Under the pieces are notes generated by a model that made no database searches, was not told the origin of the DNA, and worked only from the letters and a program-made list of their open reading frames with translations. DNA of 64,000 nt, taken from an uncultured Candidatus Binatia bacterium. Its GTDB lineage: Bacteria; Desulfobacterota; Binatia; Bin18. Numbering within the stretch: the stretch's first letter is position 1; each line of letters opens with the position of its first letter. Below are positions 38,560 through 50,704 of this stretch, piece after piece. A program made the translations under genes and the position numbers. The stretch covers positions 320,001 to 384,000 of the forward strand of contig OZ243961.1 of NCBI GenBank assembly GCA_965214605.1. Direction: 5' to 3'.

Positions 38560-39065
38560 CAAGGTAGCCGTGAGAAGTCCTGCTTCTCTCCTCTCTCTGG
38601 AGTCGGTCGTGTCTACGGGCCAGGCTGAGGGGAGGGCTCTTCTCACCATCGTGACGCCTGGCAAGGGAGAGGGGGCCCGCAGCCAAGCGGTCCTCGTGTT
38701 GCCGTGCCTGGTGCCGGCGACAGGCCTGAAGCCGCTTCCCTGTTGGAGAAAAGGCGGGAAGCGGGTGCCCTGCCCCGGTCGGTGCCCTGCCCGACTTCCT
38801 ACAGCACGAGCGCCTTGCCACGGTGGCGGCGCCTCCCGTTCTGCCCCCCGACGTGAGTAGGGTGCCTCCCGGTTGCCGGTCTCGGTGCGGCCGTGCTGGA
38901 CGCTCCCTTTGCGCAGCGTCCCACCGTCAGCGTAGGCCTGGCCAGCGTGGTGAGAGGCTCCACCCCCACCAACAGGTCTCTTTCAACCTGCTAGTCGACC
39001 CGGACCTCGCTGGGCAGGCTAGGCCAACAGTACACCATGGACTAGTGGCACGTCTCAGCACACGG
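38560..39065 (+). pseudogene. Second internally deleted remnant of the GT-C/ArnT-like gene, with its upstream region
   Basis: Reverse-complement similarity to ~59200-59530; downstream LHPHQQVSFNL...QYTMD* matches LHPHQQVYFNV...WYDMDYW. Confidence 0.75.
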
Positions 39066-39700
39066 TGGTAGATGGTGCATCCGGTCCACAGCGTTGTTTC
39101 TCAGGTGGAATTGCGGTGTATTGTCTGGGATGTTGAGCGTCGCAAGATGTCGGTTTCCGGTATCAGACCAGACAAAGCTGGTCCCGATCGATCTGCCGAC
39201 TCGACGCGCTTTTGGACCGGAGCGGAAACGGATGCACGAGGGGGGTCAAGGTAACAAAATCTGGTCGTCCCCCTCCCCGGCTTTTGAGGACACGATTCCA
39301 AAACAGTCACGACCAGCACTCAGACACCGAACGTACTGGAGTGTAAGAACTCCCTGCATAGAGCGCACTATGGATCCCATCTCTGGTAACGTGCCGGAGA
39401 TATCCTGAGAGTGGAAAGATTCTGACTCGCTAAATTTGGATAAGACGCGAAGAAAAAGTTGGCTGAACTCCATTCCAAGCCCCCTTTAGATGGAGCCTCA
39501 AATGCCGTACCGCATCGGTCAGGTCGGCCAGAATTCCAGCGACAGGTGCTGCCTCGTCTTTGCTCTGAATCCACCCTTCAGAAACGCTCTTCTCAATGGG
39601 TGACCACTTCTTTCGGGCTGATATTTACCGAGAGAGACATTCCTCGCTAGTCCAGATGGAATATCATGGACTGGCGGGCATTGCAGACTCTAGGAGCGCA

Positions 39701-41083
39701 TCACTTCAGCGTCACACTGGCCTGGACAAATTCTTCCGATTCGCCGAAGACGATCTGTCCGGCGGCGTTCTGAGCCCGAATGCGGGCTTCGAGCTCAGCC
39801 GGTAGCTGGAAGCTGCGCGCCTCGGGAAACTTCTTTTTGTACAGATAAGGGCGCAGAAAAAACTCTTTAGGCGAGCTGATCGCGGCCTGCGTTTTAAGCG
39901 GTTCGGGAAACCAGCCACGACGCATAAAGTCGGGACTGAAGAACACGTCGAGGTCTTTTTGAGACCAGGTTTTCACGCGCATCGCGTCATGCACACTGTA
40001 GCCGTAGAAATCCTGCCGGACATCCCACCACACTGCTATCAAATTATGATAGCCACGCTCGCCCAGATCTGGATTCATCAACGTGGCGATCCGCTCATCA
40101 ATAAAAAGCAGCTCGCCGTTAGGGCCGTGCACCTCCGTACGCAACGGATAAAACAGGTGCTGATCCAACCAGTAGATAATTTTGCCGGCATAATAGTCGG
40201 GCAGCCAATCGGCCTTAGGCCGGGCTTCGACCACATAGGTCGATACGCTCCCGTCGGGATTATAGTGTTCATAGTCATCACCCATAATTTTGAGATCTTT
40301 TGCCGCCACATCGCTAAACGAGCCGTCCGCGGAAGCCAGAGTGATAGTCTGGCGGGTGACCGGGAAGCGCACGGTTTCATACAGGACATCGGTGCCTAAC
40401 ACCCGCCACGTAAACTCCCAGGCATCGCGTCCCACCGAGTCATCATAGGTCAGTGGCCAGCCGATCATCTTGTCCTGACGCAGCGGTTGGGGAAAACGAC
40501 GGACGCGGCGCAGGGTCGGAGAATAACCAAACAGGTCGGCCTTTTTACGTTTCTCCTGATCGGTCCGATAGCTGAGAAACAGCATCTGGTTGCCATAATT
40601 TTCTGGCGGCATCAGATCTTGGGTGAGCCAACGGGAGAAGAGTTCGCCCGGTGGAGCGGTCAGATGCCCGACTAAGCCGGCTGGTTCACGATAATGGACC
40701 AACACGATGACTTTGAAGTTGGACAGATAACCGCTGGGGGTCAGTACCCCGCCGTCTTCAATCTGGACACAGTTCCAGCGCGGCATATGCGGAAATTCCA
40801 TCGCCCGAAAACCCATTTCTTCAGCCGTGTAGGGAGCTTCAAATGGATAGGCTTCGGCTGGCAAATACGGAATCGTTGCGTCCCGTGGGGTATCGGTTGA
40901 AAAATCAATAGGCACCAACTCCTCTGCAGACAGCTCTGAGAGAAGTTGCCAGGTTCTGGCCTGGCCGTTTTTTCCCTCCTCAGCGTATGTCCAGGAGGGG
41001 GAGGCACACAGACCAAAGGCGATGCAGATCATCAGGCTCCAACGGACAAGACAAGCGATACGGTGTAGACGGCTGGGGAACAT
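39701..41083 (-). CDS. DUF1329-like secreted protein
   Basis: Signal peptide; YSPTLRRVRR, TYDD..GR, VVEARP...Y motifs. Confidence 0.75.
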   Translation of the reverse strand: MFPSRLHRIACLVRWSLMICIAFGLCASPSWTYAEEGKNGQARTWQLLSELSAEELVPIDFSTDTPRDATIPYLPAEAYPFEAPYTAEEMGFRAMEFPHMPRWNCVQIEDGGVLTPSGYLSNFKVIVLVHYREPAGLVGHLTAPPGELFSRWLTQDLMPPENYGNQMLFLSYRTDQEKRKKADLFGYSPTLRRVRRFPQPLRQDKMIGWPLTYDDSVGRDAWEFTWRVLGTDVLYETVRFPVTRQTITLASADGSFSDVAAKDLKIMGDDYEHYNPDGSVSTYVVEARPKADWLPDYYAGKIIYWLDQHLFYPLRTEVHGPNGELLFIDERIATLMNPDLGERGYHNLIAVWWDVRQDFYGYSVHDAMRVKTWSQKDLDVFFSPDFMRRGWFPEPLKTQAAISSPKEFFLRPYLYKKKFPEARSFQLPAELEARIRAQNAAGQIVFGESEEFVQASVTLK

Positions 41084-41136
41084 TGTTGATCCTCTGAGTG
41101 CGACGATTCGGGCAGTCCGCTGTACAGCGCCGGAGC

Positions 41137-41631
41137 TCAGGGCGCAGCCTCACCACGCTCGATCGCCAGGTCTGGGACGATTACAGCTCCTAAACGAGAA
41201 AACACCGTCGGTCGGACCTTTATTTTGGTGTCCCGACCACCGCCGCCCAACACCACCCAGTCCAGCCGCATGACCCGTTCGTCGACGTATAACGGCCACT
41301 CAGCCGGCAGAGAAAACGGCGTTACCCCGCCGACCTGCATGCCGGTTGCGGCGTGCATTTCCTCGGCAGTTGCAAATGAAGCTTTTGATACCTCCATCAG
41401 CCTTCGTACCCGTTTGTTCACATCCAGCTGAGTATGAGCCAGTACCACGCAGACGGCAAACCGTTTAGGGCCCTTTTTGGAGGCAACAATAATGGTGTTG
41501 CCCGACTCTTGGAGCGCATAGCCATATTTCTCGCAGAAAGCGACCGTGTCAGCATCGGCCGGATTGATACGAATCAGCTCATAGGCCACGCCAAGCTGCT
41601 CCAGGGCACGGATAACGTCTTGATTTGGCAT
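41137..41631 (-). CDS. YbaK/prolyl-tRNA editing domain protein
   Basis: TGMQVGGVTPF, LGGGGR. Confidence 0.88.
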   Translation of the reverse strand: MPNQDVIRALEQLGVAYELIRINPADADTVAFCEKYGYALQESGNTIIVASKKGPKRFAVCVVLAHTQLDVNKRVRRLMEVSKASFATAEEMHAATGMQVGGVTPFSLPAEWPLYVDERVMRLDWVVLGGGGRDTKIKVRPTVFSRLGAVIVPDLAIERGEAAP

Positions 41632-41684
41632 AGGAGCCTTCCTTAATCAACGTCGGCGGACGGGCTCGGCCTACCCGCTGCTCG

Positions 41685-42631
41685 TCAGGCTCCCTGCTCG
41701 TCACTGCGCAGCATCTTGCCCGGCAAGGCCCCGGTGCCGGTTTGGCCCTCACACGTCACGCGGCCATTCACCAGGGTGTCATGGTAACCAGCCGCCTTCT
41801 GTACTCGGCGCCAGTCCTTATTAGGCAGGTCAGTGGCCGCTTCCATGGGGAGCACGGCGAGTTTGTCTAGATCGTCAACCACAATGTCAGCCGGCATGCC
41901 TTCCCGCAGCCAGCCTCGATCCCGGATACCGATCGCCCAGCCCAGCATGGTCGACAGCCGCCAGTGGGCCTCTTCTAGGGTCATCAGCCCCTTGTCACGC
42001 ACCCAGTAGGCCAGGAAGTGGGGCGGATAGCGGCCGGAGGTCAACAACTTGGTATGCGCTCCACCGTCTGAGGCACCACTTAGACAGAGGGGGTGCTTGA
42101 TAATCTGGCCGACAGCTTCATCGTTGTCGTTGAGCAGGCCGGGCATCAAGAACTCGGTCTTCAAATCTTCCTCAATGGCCGGATCAAGCATAGCATCAAC
42201 CGGGGACTTACCCTGCTCAGCAGCAATATCGGAGACGCTTCGCCCTTGTAGGGGCTTGTTCTTGTTCAGATGGACATCGTCAACAAAGGTCTGATCCCAC
42301 TGCAACATCGCTACCTGAGCGGCTTCGCCGTCGTCGCGGTCACGGCGGTGGGGCCGACCCATCACATCACCTTCCATGTCGTTCTTCAGGGCGGGACGCC
42401 GGGCCAAGTCTGATAATTTGGCCCGGCGCTCTTCAAGGTAGGGGGTGTGAATATCCATAAAACCGGGGGCAACAATTAAGCCGGTGGCGTCAATGACCCG
42501 GCTGGCATCACCCTGAACATTGCCCATGGCCGCAATCTTGCCCCCCGGATACCAATATCCCCACGGTAAGCTGGCGCGCGCAAACCATCGCCAACCGTGC
42601 CGTTGTTAATCACACTATCATACTCGGCCAT
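41685..42631 (-). pseudogene. N-acyl-D-amino-acid deacylase/amidohydrolase pseudogene
   Basis: MAEYDSVINNGTVGDG..DIGI in one frame, frameshift near 42545, then PGFMDIHT joined directly to the C-terminal half (SDGGAH). Confidence 0.85.
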
Positions 42632-43181
42632 AAGCGCCCTCCCCATTGTTTGTCTGGGCACCTCAGCGATGACCCCCGCGCGGTTCTGTGTCCATCCGGT
42701 TAGAGAGCAGAGTTCGACAGGCTCACCTCAGCCTAAGTATAGAGACAAATGGAAGGGTGAGTAAAGAGAACAGCCGATTTTTCGGCACCCTGAACAATTC
42801 TTAACTGTCGCCCGACCTGTTCAGGAGATGCGCCCCAGGTCACTGCTTCACCGGAGGCGAAGCGCAAGATTCCCACTTGGGAAGTCTAGTACGATCTCAT
42901 CAAGCATCGGGGCCGGCTTTTTCGTAAAGCTGGCGACAGGTCATTGCGAGCGGGAGGAGCGGGTGTATGGAAAATCTCACGACAGCCCGGTTTGATCCCC
43001 CAAGAGTGATTCATCGGTGGCGACTCATCGGTGACCTCTTCTTTTCTCAAATGCTCGCTCTCGCAAACGGTATCGAGAGCTTCTTGCCAGAGCTCAATCC
43101 ACCCCGCCCCATGTAGAGCACGATAGCCATGAGAGTATCCGGAGCGACGTCCAGTGTCGCGAAAGCGGGGGCTGTGTTCTC

Positions 43182-44327
43182 TTAGGCCAGTTCTTGACGC
43201 AATGCAGGTAAGACTTCTTTGCCCATCAGCTCAATGCTGCGCATGGTGAGATCGTGGGGCAGACCGCCATACTGCCCCTCAAAGAGCATATGGCCGATGC
43301 CCAAACGCTGAATGATCTCTTTGAGCCGTTGGGTCACCTGCTTGGGGGTGCCAACAACAAAACCGCCCGCCTCTTGGAGATCGTCAATCGTCATTTGAAA
43401 AACGGGTTTGTGTTTCTTTGCACCTACGCCCTCAGACAGAATCGAGGTGGTGCCGCGTGAAGTCATCCCGAGCGGCATATAGTAGTGCATCGGGCCTTTG
43501 AGCGAGGTTTGCGTCCGCCATAAGTAGTGTTCGTAGGAGGCCCGGGCATCTGCCTCGGTATCGGCCACAAACAAACCAGTCATATAGCCAAGGTTCTGAG
43601 GGGTGGCGGTATAGCCGCTCTGTTCGGCCGTTTCCCGGTACAGATCAAACCACTGCTCGGCCATGTCCAGGGGGGCAAGAAACGAGACATATGGATAGCC
43701 GTGCTGGGCGGCCCACTTAATCGACTCCTTGCTGCCGATACCAGGCACCCAAATCGGCGGATGCGGCTCTTGGAACGGAAAGCACCACGGATTCACGTAT
43801 CGAAACTGAAAGTGCTTGCCCTCCCAACGGAACGGGCCGGGCTGGGTCCAGGTTTTGAGAATCAAATCGTGTGACTCCTGATAACGTTCACGATTCAGCC
43901 CGGGGTCAATGTTCGTCGAAAACTGCTCAATGCCGATGCCCCGCACGAAACCCGATATCACCCGCCCACCGGACATCAGATCAAGCATGGAGATCTCTTC
44001 AGCTAAGCGGACCGGATTATCCCACAGGGCAATTACATTACCGAGTAACAGAATCTTACACGTCCTGGTACGCTGGATCAGCGCCGCGGCGCTGATGTTG
44101 GCCGCATAGTGCATACACGTCGGCGTGTTATGGTGCTCGTTGACCATCAGCCCGTCAAAACCGACGGTCTCGGCATACGCGTATTCGTCAAGATAGCGCT
44201 GGATCAGGGCTGAGCCCTTTCTGCGGTCGAAATATTTGTTGGGATAGGTTAGCCGAATAGACGGATATTGATCCAGCTCAGGCGTGTCTGGATACGGCAT
44301 TTCACTGAAGTAATAATAGTCAATCAC
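43182..44327 (-). CDS. LLM-class (luciferase-like) flavin-dependent oxidoreductase
   Basis: NEHH, PVRLAEE, GFVRG, PHPPIW. Confidence 0.9.
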   Translation of the reverse strand: MIDYYYFSEMPYPDTPELDQYPSIRLTYPNKYFDRRKGSALIQRYLDEYAYAETVGFDGLMVNEHHNTPTCMHYAANISAAALIQRTRTCKILLLGNVIALWDNPVRLAEEISMLDLMSGGRVISGFVRGIGIEQFSTNIDPGLNRERYQESHDLILKTWTQPGPFRWEGKHFQFRYVNPWCFPFQEPHPPIWVPGIGSKESIKWAAQHGYPYVSFLAPLDMAEQWFDLYRETAEQSGYTATPQNLGYMTGLFVADTEADARASYEHYLWRTQTSLKGPMHYYMPLGMTSRGTTSILSEGVGAKKHKPVFQMTIDDLQEAGGFVVGTPKQVTQRLKEIIQRLGIGHMLFEGQYGGLPHDLTMRSIELMGKEVLPALRQELA

Positions 44328-44341
44328 GACGTTCCTCTTCG

Positions 44342-45130
44342 TTACCCCCGGGCTAAAAACGCTTCGAGCACGGCCACAAATTCGGCCGGGCGCTCAAACT
44401 GCGGCGAGTGGCCGCAGCGATCGATCAGCGTCAGCTCCGAGCCTTGAATAGCCCGCTGATATGCCTCGCCGTGGGCGAGCGGGACGAGGCCGTCATGCGT
44501 GCCCCACACGATCAGGGTCGACGCTTTGATTCGGCGCAAACGGTAAACGAGCTTGGGATTGTGCAGATACGGCTTCCAGCCAACGAGCTGGGCCATCAGC
44601 TGGCTGTTGTCGCGCAGCACAATTTGTTCTGGACTCGGTTTGGGCGGAAAGAGCCGCTCCCGCTCGGCCACCTGTCCGAGATCATAAAAAGCCAGGTCGG
44701 CCAGCTCCTGAGGGGTCAGTAAGAAAATGTCCGCGATCTCGGCTCCCTCGACCTTGAGTCCCACCGCATTGACCAAAATCAGCCGCGACACTCGCTCAGG
44801 ACAGCTGGCGGCCAGCTCTGCGGCCAGCCAGCCGCCCATTGAGAAACCAACAACGGGCACCTGTTGCCAACCGTAATGATCGAGAAAATCGGCATAAAAA
44901 TCGACCAAATCGGGCATGGAGTCGAGCCACCGAGGACGGGTCGAGCAGCCAAAACCCGGATGGGTCGGCACATACAAATCATGGTGCTGAGCCAGCATGT
45001 CGTGGTATTGGAGCCAGCCGGGGTTGCCACCGGCACCGTGCAGCACGAGCAACGGTGTCCCCTCTCCACCCCGCAGAACCTGCACCTGGGCTCCGATCAG
45101 GTCAACAAATTCTTCACCATGTTCCGCCAT
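44342..45130 (-). CDS. Alpha/beta hydrolase
   Basis: HPGFG, GFSMGG, CGHSP. Confidence 0.9.
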   Translation of the reverse strand: MAEHGEEFVDLIGAQVQVLRGGEGTPLLVLHGAGGNPGWLQYHDMLAQHHDLYVPTHPGFGCSTRPRWLDSMPDLVDFYADFLDHYGWQQVPVVGFSMGGWLAAELAASCPERVSRLILVNAVGLKVEGAEIADIFLLTPQELADLAFYDLGQVAERERLFPPKPSPEQIVLRDNSQLMAQLVGWKPYLHNPKLVYRLRRIKASTLIVWGTHDGLVPLAHGEAYQRAIQGSELTLIDRCGHSPQFERPAEFVAVLEAFLARG

Positions 45131-45175
45131 TGCTGCTCCTTCGATAGTGTGGAACACTGCATCCGGCTCTGCTCG

Positions 45176-46090
45176 CTATAAATGCTGCGCATACCAGGCT
45201 TTGATATAGGGCAGACTTTGCTCCAGGCCCGCGCCGGTGAGGATGTCGCTGTGGCCGAGGCCGGGTAGGATAACGATTTTTTTAGGCTCGCCGGCTTTGG
45301 TATACATGGCCTGTGACTCTTCCATCGACACCCGTTCGTCAGCATCGCCATGTAGCCATAAAATCGCTCGGGGGGAAATGTTGGCCACCACCGACTCCGG
45401 TTTATAGGCAATCATCGGGAGGCCCGAGGACAGGCTAATGTGTCGGCTCCACTGTGGGTACTGATCCAGAATCTGCCCAAAGAGTGCGGTCGTGCTCTTC
45501 GGTTCGGGCACAATCTCATTGGCCTGCACGTATTCCAGCTCACCGCTGAGGACACGCCGAGCCTGGTCGGCCTTGAGACGCTGCAGCAACGCGCGCCACT
45601 CCCAGAAGTGGCACGCATCCCGAATCCAGCGTCCGCAGTCGCCAATACCGCACACACTGATGGTGGCTCTGACCCGGTCCTCAACACCGGCCGCATAGCT
45701 CACGTTAGCTCCGCCCAAGCTCACTCCAAACAAACCCAGCCGATCAGGATCGACCTCGGGCTGATTCTGGAGGAAGGTCACCGCATTGCGGATATCCTCT
45801 ATCTGACGCAGGGGAATGATCTGACGCCGGGGCTCGCCACCACTAGCACCCAGAAAGCGATAGTCAAAGGTCAAAACGACATAGCCAAGACCGGCTAAGC
45901 GCTGGGCAATCTCGGGGAGAATAACCTCTTTGACGGCGGTAAAGCCGTGACACATGACAATACCGGGCCGCCTCTCATTCGGGCCTCGGTCATTGGGGAC
46001 AAACAGGACACCGGCCATAGGGATGTTTTCACTGTAGAATTGTACAGGTTTTTGGGAATTCACGCCTTGTGGCGTCTGAGATGTTGTCAT
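45176..46090 (-). CDS. Alpha/beta hydrolase (CocE/X-Pro dipeptidase-like)
   Basis: HGFTAVKE, FDYRFLGASGG, GVSLGG, HGDAD. Confidence 0.88.
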   Translation of the reverse strand: MTTSQTPQGVNSQKPVQFYSENIPMAGVLFVPNDRGPNERRPGIVMCHGFTAVKEVILPEIAQRLAGLGYVVLTFDYRFLGASGGEPRRQIIPLRQIEDIRNAVTFLQNQPEVDPDRLGLFGVSLGGANVSYAAGVEDRVRATISVCGIGDCGRWIRDACHFWEWRALLQRLKADQARRVLSGELEYVQANEIVPEPKSTTALFGQILDQYPQWSRHISLSSGLPMIAYKPESVVANISPRAILWLHGDADERVSMEESQAMYTKAGEPKKIVILPGLGHSDILTGAGLEQSLPYIKAWYAQHL

Positions 46091-46174
46091 ATAGCTCTGC
46101 TTTCGCTGGAGAACTGTACGTCCTGCCCAACGCCTGCCGACTTCTGGTAGGGCTCACTGAGTGCCGGCGCTCTC

Positions 46175-46771
46175 CTACTCCGCCCCCTGCTCTTCTTCGG
46201 CCTGCGACACAGCATCGGTCGCCCCGCCCTGGCTCATTGCCTCGCTCAGACTCCACTCTTCGTCGTCATCGCGGATGCGGGTCGACGGCGGGGCGAATTG
46301 GTAGATCGCTTCGCTGAGGTTCATGATATGGCGCGTGTTGGTGCCCAAGTCTCCCTTCCCGACCCGAGACGAAGAGCGGATGTAGAGCGCACTGCCACTG
46401 GGCTGGGCCGCATAGGCGCGGATAAAGACCTCGTCCTGGAAGCGGAACATTTGAGTGGTGACGACCGCTCTGATCGTATGCACCTCAGGGTCGGTCTCCG
46501 CTACCTCCCAACCCAAGGCCTCGGCAGCCCGCCGGGCAATATCGATCAACAGGGCCGGAGGTGCCTGATAACGGTTCATCCGCAGCTCAGGAAACGCCGA
46601 GTCTTTTGTCGTTTGGGCAACGTTGGTGCTCAGATAGGTCACAACACGGCTCAGCAGGCCCGGCGGGTCGGTCATGGGCAGATCGTTGCTAATGATTGTC
46701 GCTGCGGCGAGTCCGGCCCCGACAAAGGCGACAAAAAAGAGGATTTGCAGCACGCCTTGTATGAATCCCAT
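46175..46771 (-). CDS. DUF1499 domain protein
   Basis: FRFQDEV...RSSSRVGKGDLGTN. Confidence 0.88.
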   Translation of the reverse strand: MGFIQGVLQILFFVAFVGAGLAAATIISNDLPMTDPPGLLSRVVTYLSTNVAQTTKDSAFPELRMNRYQAPPALLIDIARRAAEALGWEVAETDPEVHTIRAVVTTQMFRFQDEVFIRAYAAQPSGSALYIRSSSRVGKGDLGTNTRHIMNLSEAIYQFAPPSTRIRDDDEEWSLSEAMSQGGATDAVSQAEEEQGAE

Positions 46772-46812
46772 AGACTCTCTCCGTTGTGTCTGAGGTGCGG
46801 AGGTGAGTGGTC

Positions 46813-48927
46813 TCAGGCCAGCAGCACCTCTTTCAAAGCCCCCCAGTCTGTGACCGGCGGCGAACAGGTAAAATTGTGACAGACGTATACGGTCAGTTTG
46901 CCGTCAATTTGTACCTTGCCGTCCAGGGCCGAGGGTCCTTTTCCGTCGGCCAGCGTTTGCGGATCAAGACACAGAACAGTCTTATTGGGAAGATACAGCG
47001 TGTTGATCTGAGCCAAGATCTGGCGGGTCTCGGGCGCTTGACTCTCTCCGACTAGCACGATCTCTTTGGGGCGGTTGAGATAGAAGTCGAGCGCGCCGAG
47101 CATATGGCTAAAGCCAAACGGATGCTGTTCCATAGCATCGTAAAACAGGCGGAGGATCTGCTCGGCTCTCTCCAGATAGTCTTGTCGCTCAGTCAGAGAG
47201 AAGAGACGCAGCAGGACAAAGGTAGCCAATGAGTTGCCGGACGGGATTGAGCCGTCAAAGGCCGACTTAGAGCGGCTGATTAGGCGCTCATGGTCATCGC
47301 TGGTAAAGAAAAAGCCGCCCTGGTCGGTATCCCAGAAACGGTCGAGTAAAACCTGGCTCAAGGCTATGGCGTGGTCGAGATAGGCGTGCTCTGCGGTCGC
47401 CTCGTACAGGTCGAGCAGAGCGGTGGCAAAGGACGCGTAGTCGTCCAGATACGCGTTAAATTTGGCCTGTCCATCTTTGTAGCTGCGCAGGAGCCGTCCG
47501 TTGCAGGGGGACGCTGATCTCTTCCCCAGCAGCTCGTCATCACCGTGCGCCTTCCCACAGAGCTTGGTGAGCATAAACTCGGCATTACGCCGGGCAATAT
47601 CGAGGTAGTGGGGGTCGCCCAGCACCCGGTACGCCTCGGCAAACCCCGACAGCATGAGACCGTTCCAACAGGTCAGAATCTTCTCGTCCCGCCCGGGTTT
47701 GATCCGGTCCTCACGGGCGGCAAACAGACGCTGTTTGGCCGTTTGGAGCAGCCGGTCGATTTCGTCGCTCTCACGACCAAACAGCCGGGCTAGCTGGTCC
47801 GGTTCCAGACACGGATGGAGGATATTGTGTCCCTCAAAATTGCCTGCGTCGGTCACGTCATAGTACCGACACACAATCTCGCCGACGTCTTCACCGAGCA
47901 GGTCTATGATCTGCTCTTTATCCCAGACAAAAAATTTGCCCTCAACCCCCTCAGAGTCAGCGTCCTGAGTTGAATAGAATCCGCCCTCAGGGCTCAGCAT
48001 CTCGCGCTCGACATAGGCCAGAATCTCCTCGACAACACCGCGGAAAAATGGATCCTGAGTGGCCTGATAGGCCTCAAGGTAGAGTCGGGTGAGCAGAGCG
48101 TTATCGTAGAGCATCTTTTCAAAATGGGGCACCAGCCACCGCTCGTCTACTGAATAGCGGTGAAAGCCGCCGCCTAGATGATCGTACACTCCGCCCTTGG
48201 CCATCTTGCGTAGGGTGTGGCTCGTCAGCTGCAGATAAGTGTCGGCGTTTTGATTGCTATGCAGCTGGCGCAAAAAGAGGCTCAAGACTGACGTGTTGGG
48301 AAACTTTGGCGCCCGACCTAAGCCGCCGTGGGTGCGGTCAACGTGTTCGGCCAGATTAGCTGATGCGTTTTGGACAGTCTCAATCTGGAGCGGCCGACTC
48401 GTCGCCTGGCGTTGAGAGAGTTCATGGAGCTTGTCGAGAATCTGTCTGCTGGATTTGGCCACCTCCCCAGGCTTATCGTGATATGCCTGAGCGACTCCCT
48501 GCAACACGCGCGGAAAGGCCGGCAGCTTGTGCCGGTCAACGGGCGGAAAATACGTCCCGCCATAAAACGGCTCCCCATCTGGGGTCAGGAACATGGTCAT
48601 CGGCCACCCACCCCGTCCGGTCAGCATCTGGACGGCATTCATATAGATTTCGTCAACGTCCGGCCGCTCCTCTCGGTCGACTTTGATGTTCACGAACAAA
48701 TCGTTCATCAGCGCGGCAATGCGCTCGTCTTCAAACGACTCGTGCTCCATCACGTGACACCAGTGGCAGGCGGAGTAGCCAACGCTCAGCAAAATCGGCT
48801 TATTGTCGGCTCTCGCCTTGGCAAATGCCTCTTCACCCCACGGATACCAATCCACCGGATTATGGGCGTGTTGCAATAAATATGGACTCGTCTCCTGCGC
48901 CAAGCGATTGGTAAATTTATGCGCCAT
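46813..48927 (-). CDS. Thioredoxin-domain protein YyaL/DUF255
   Basis: [39 protein letters not shown]; ATG at 48927. Confidence 0.95.
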   Translation of the reverse strand: MAHKFTNRLAQETSPYLLQHAHNPVDWYPWGEEAFAKARADNKPILLSVGYSACHWCHVMEHESFEDERIAALMNDLFVNIKVDREERPDVDEIYMNAVQMLTGRGGWPMTMFLTPDGEPFYGGTYFPPVDRHKLPAFPRVLQGVAQAYHDKPGEVAKSSRQILDKLHELSQRQATSRPLQIETVQNASANLAEHVDRTHGGLGRAPKFPNTSVLSLFLRQLHSNQNADTYLQLTSHTLRKMAKGGVYDHLGGGFHRYSVDERWLVPHFEKMLYDNALLTRLYLEAYQATQDPFFRGVVEEILAYVEREMLSPEGGFYSTQDADSEGVEGKFFVWDKEQIIDLLGEDVGEIVCRYYDVTDAGNFEGHNILHPCLEPDQLARLFGRESDEIDRLLQTAKQRLFAAREDRIKPGRDEKILTCWNGLMLSGFAEAYRVLGDPHYLDIARRNAEFMLTKLCGKAHGDDELLGKRSASPCNGRLLRSYKDGQAKFNAYLDDYASFATALLDLYEATAEHAYLDHAIALSQVLLDRFWDTDQGGFFFTSDDHERLISRSKSAFDGSIPSGNSLATFVLLRLFSLTERQDYLERAEQILRLFYDAMEQHPFGFSHMLGALDFYLNRPKEIVLVGESQAPETRQILAQINTLYLPNKTVLCLDPQTLADGKGPSALDGKVQIDGKLTVYVCHNFTCSPPVTDWGALKEVLLA

Positions 48928-48937
48928 AGGTGACACC

Positions 48938-50248
48938 TTACACAAAATAAATCCGCCGCGCCTCTTTGAGAAGGTCCGATTTAAAGTCTGGGTGACAGAT
49001 CTCGACCAGAGCGGCCGCCCGCTGTTTGAGGGTTTTGCCGCGTAGTTCGGCAATGCCGTACTCGGTGACCACGTAATCCACAAAGGCGCGCTGGGCAGTG
49101 ACGACACTGCCCGGCTCCAGCATCGGCACGATACGCGAAATCCGACGGCCCTGAACGATGGAAGACGAGGGCGTCACAATCACCGACTTGCCGGGATTAC
49201 AGAATGCCGCGGTGATGGTGAACGTTGTCTGGCCGCCGGTCCCGGTATACATGAATGGCCCAAACGACTCGGAACAGGCCTGACCGCCTAGATCGACCGC
49301 CAGCGCATTGTTGACAGCGACATAATTCTGCTGGTTAACCAGCAGCCGCAGATCATCGGTATAGGTGAAATCGTAGAACTCAAAATTGGGGTTGCCGTCG
49401 ATTATTGCCAGCTCATCCGGAAACACGCCGATACCTGCACTGGCCACCACTTTTCCGGGATTGACGGTTTTATATTTCCCAGTCACGACCCCGTCTTTGA
49501 CCAGACGGGCGATCCCCCCAGGGATGACCTCGGTATGGATTCCCAGGTCGTTTTTGTCGCCCAGGTACAGGGCGAGCGGCGAAGACACACTGCCCAGACC
49601 AATTTGTAGAGTATCGCCGTCATGGACTAGGTTATTGGCGACCAGGGTACAAATCACCTCGGTTGCAGCGACTTCCTCTTCGTTGCGCGGGGTCGGCGGC
49701 AGTTGGGCCGACGGCTGGCTAGGCTCAACAACATAGTCAATCTCCGATACATGAATGTAGTTCTCACCACCGGTTCGGATGAGGTCCTCATGCATCTCGG
49801 CAACCACGGTCCGAGCGGCTTTGACCATGGTTTTAGACATGAATAAACCATGACCAAAACTGCAGTAGCCGTGCTTGTCGGGGGTGGATACCGGGGTCAT
49901 ATACACGTCGCACTTCAGGCCCGGCGGCAGTTCTCCACGTCGAAAGTACATCACCGGGATAAACTCCATCCGGCCATCCTTCATCAGCGGACGCGTACTC
50001 GTGCCCAGATAGGTGGCCTCAATGCTAAAGGCTTGCTCAACGCCGGGCTGGTCCCAGTTGAACAGCGGTCCAATCGTGCCAACTCTGACATGACGGAGGT
50101 CTTCTTTGCGGTCCAGCAGCGCTTGGCTAAGGGTCAGCGGCGTGGCGTGTAACCAGTTGAGCTGCACCACGTCGCCGTTGCGAACCGCCTCTTTGACGGC
50201 CTGTTGGGGGGAGACGAGTTTATCACCACAGTGTTCGTGCCAGTCCAT
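48938..50248 (-). CDS. Acetyl-CoA hydrolase/transferase (4-hydroxybutyrate CoA-transferase-like)
   Basis: [29 protein letters not shown]. Confidence 0.9.
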   Translation of the reverse strand: MDWHEHCGDKLVSPQQAVKEAVRNGDVVQLNWLHATPLTLSQALLDRKEDLRHVRVGTIGPLFNWDQPGVEQAFSIEATYLGTSTRPLMKDGRMEFIPVMYFRRGELPPGLKCDVYMTPVSTPDKHGYCSFGHGLFMSKTMVKAARTVVAEMHEDLIRTGGENYIHVSEIDYVVEPSQPSAQLPPTPRNEEEVAATEVICTLVANNLVHDGDTLQIGLGSVSSPLALYLGDKNDLGIHTEVIPGGIARLVKDGVVTGKYKTVNPGKVVASAGIGVFPDELAIIDGNPNFEFYDFTYTDDLRLLVNQQNYVAVNNALAVDLGGQACSESFGPFMYTGTGGQTTFTITAAFCNPGKSVIVTPSSSIVQGRRISRIVPMLEPGSVVTAQRAFVDYVVTEYGIAELRGKTLKQRAAALVEICHPDFKSDLLKEARRIYFV

Positions 50249-50427
50249 AGGACGTCTCCTTTCTGGTCGGAGCATAAACCACAGGGCAGCAGAAAGCAAA
50301 GCCGTTTTCGTTAAGATGAGGTGCTTGACCCTCACCACTTGATCAGGAAGATAAGGAGCAACCACCTTCTTTCAGAGCGTAGCGGGATGCTGGCGATGAC
50401 GTGCTTGACCAACTAAGGAGTAGGGAT

Positions 50428-50664
50428 ATGGACATTCGGATTGAATACTGTGCGGCTTGAGGCTATGAGGCTGAAGCCGTCAGTTTGACGGAACAACTGT
50501 TAAACGAGTATAAGCAGCGGATCAGCGGCCTCACCCTGCTCCCGTTTGGTGACGGACGCTTTGAGGTCATCGTTGACGACACCAAGATCTACTCGAAGTT
50601 AGAGACGCACCAGTTTCCGGCCTATGCCGAGGTAAAAGCCGCCCTAGAGAAGCGGACGGCCTGA
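50428..50664 (+). CDS. SelT/SelW/SelH (Rdx) family selenoprotein, UGA = Sec at codon 11
   Basis: RBS AAGGAG; MDIRIEYCAAU(TGA 50458-60)GYEAEAVSL...GDGRFEVIVD..IYSKLE..FP; CxxU motif. Confidence 0.88.
50477..50491 (+). promoter_or_regulatory. Putative bacterial SECIS hairpin
   Basis: CCGTCA-GTT-TGACGG stem-loop beginning 16 nt after the in-frame UGA, with G in the apical loop. Confidence 0.65.
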
Positions 50665-50704
50665 AAAAACGGCACAACACCCATACCATATGACGGGTGA
50701 GGTT

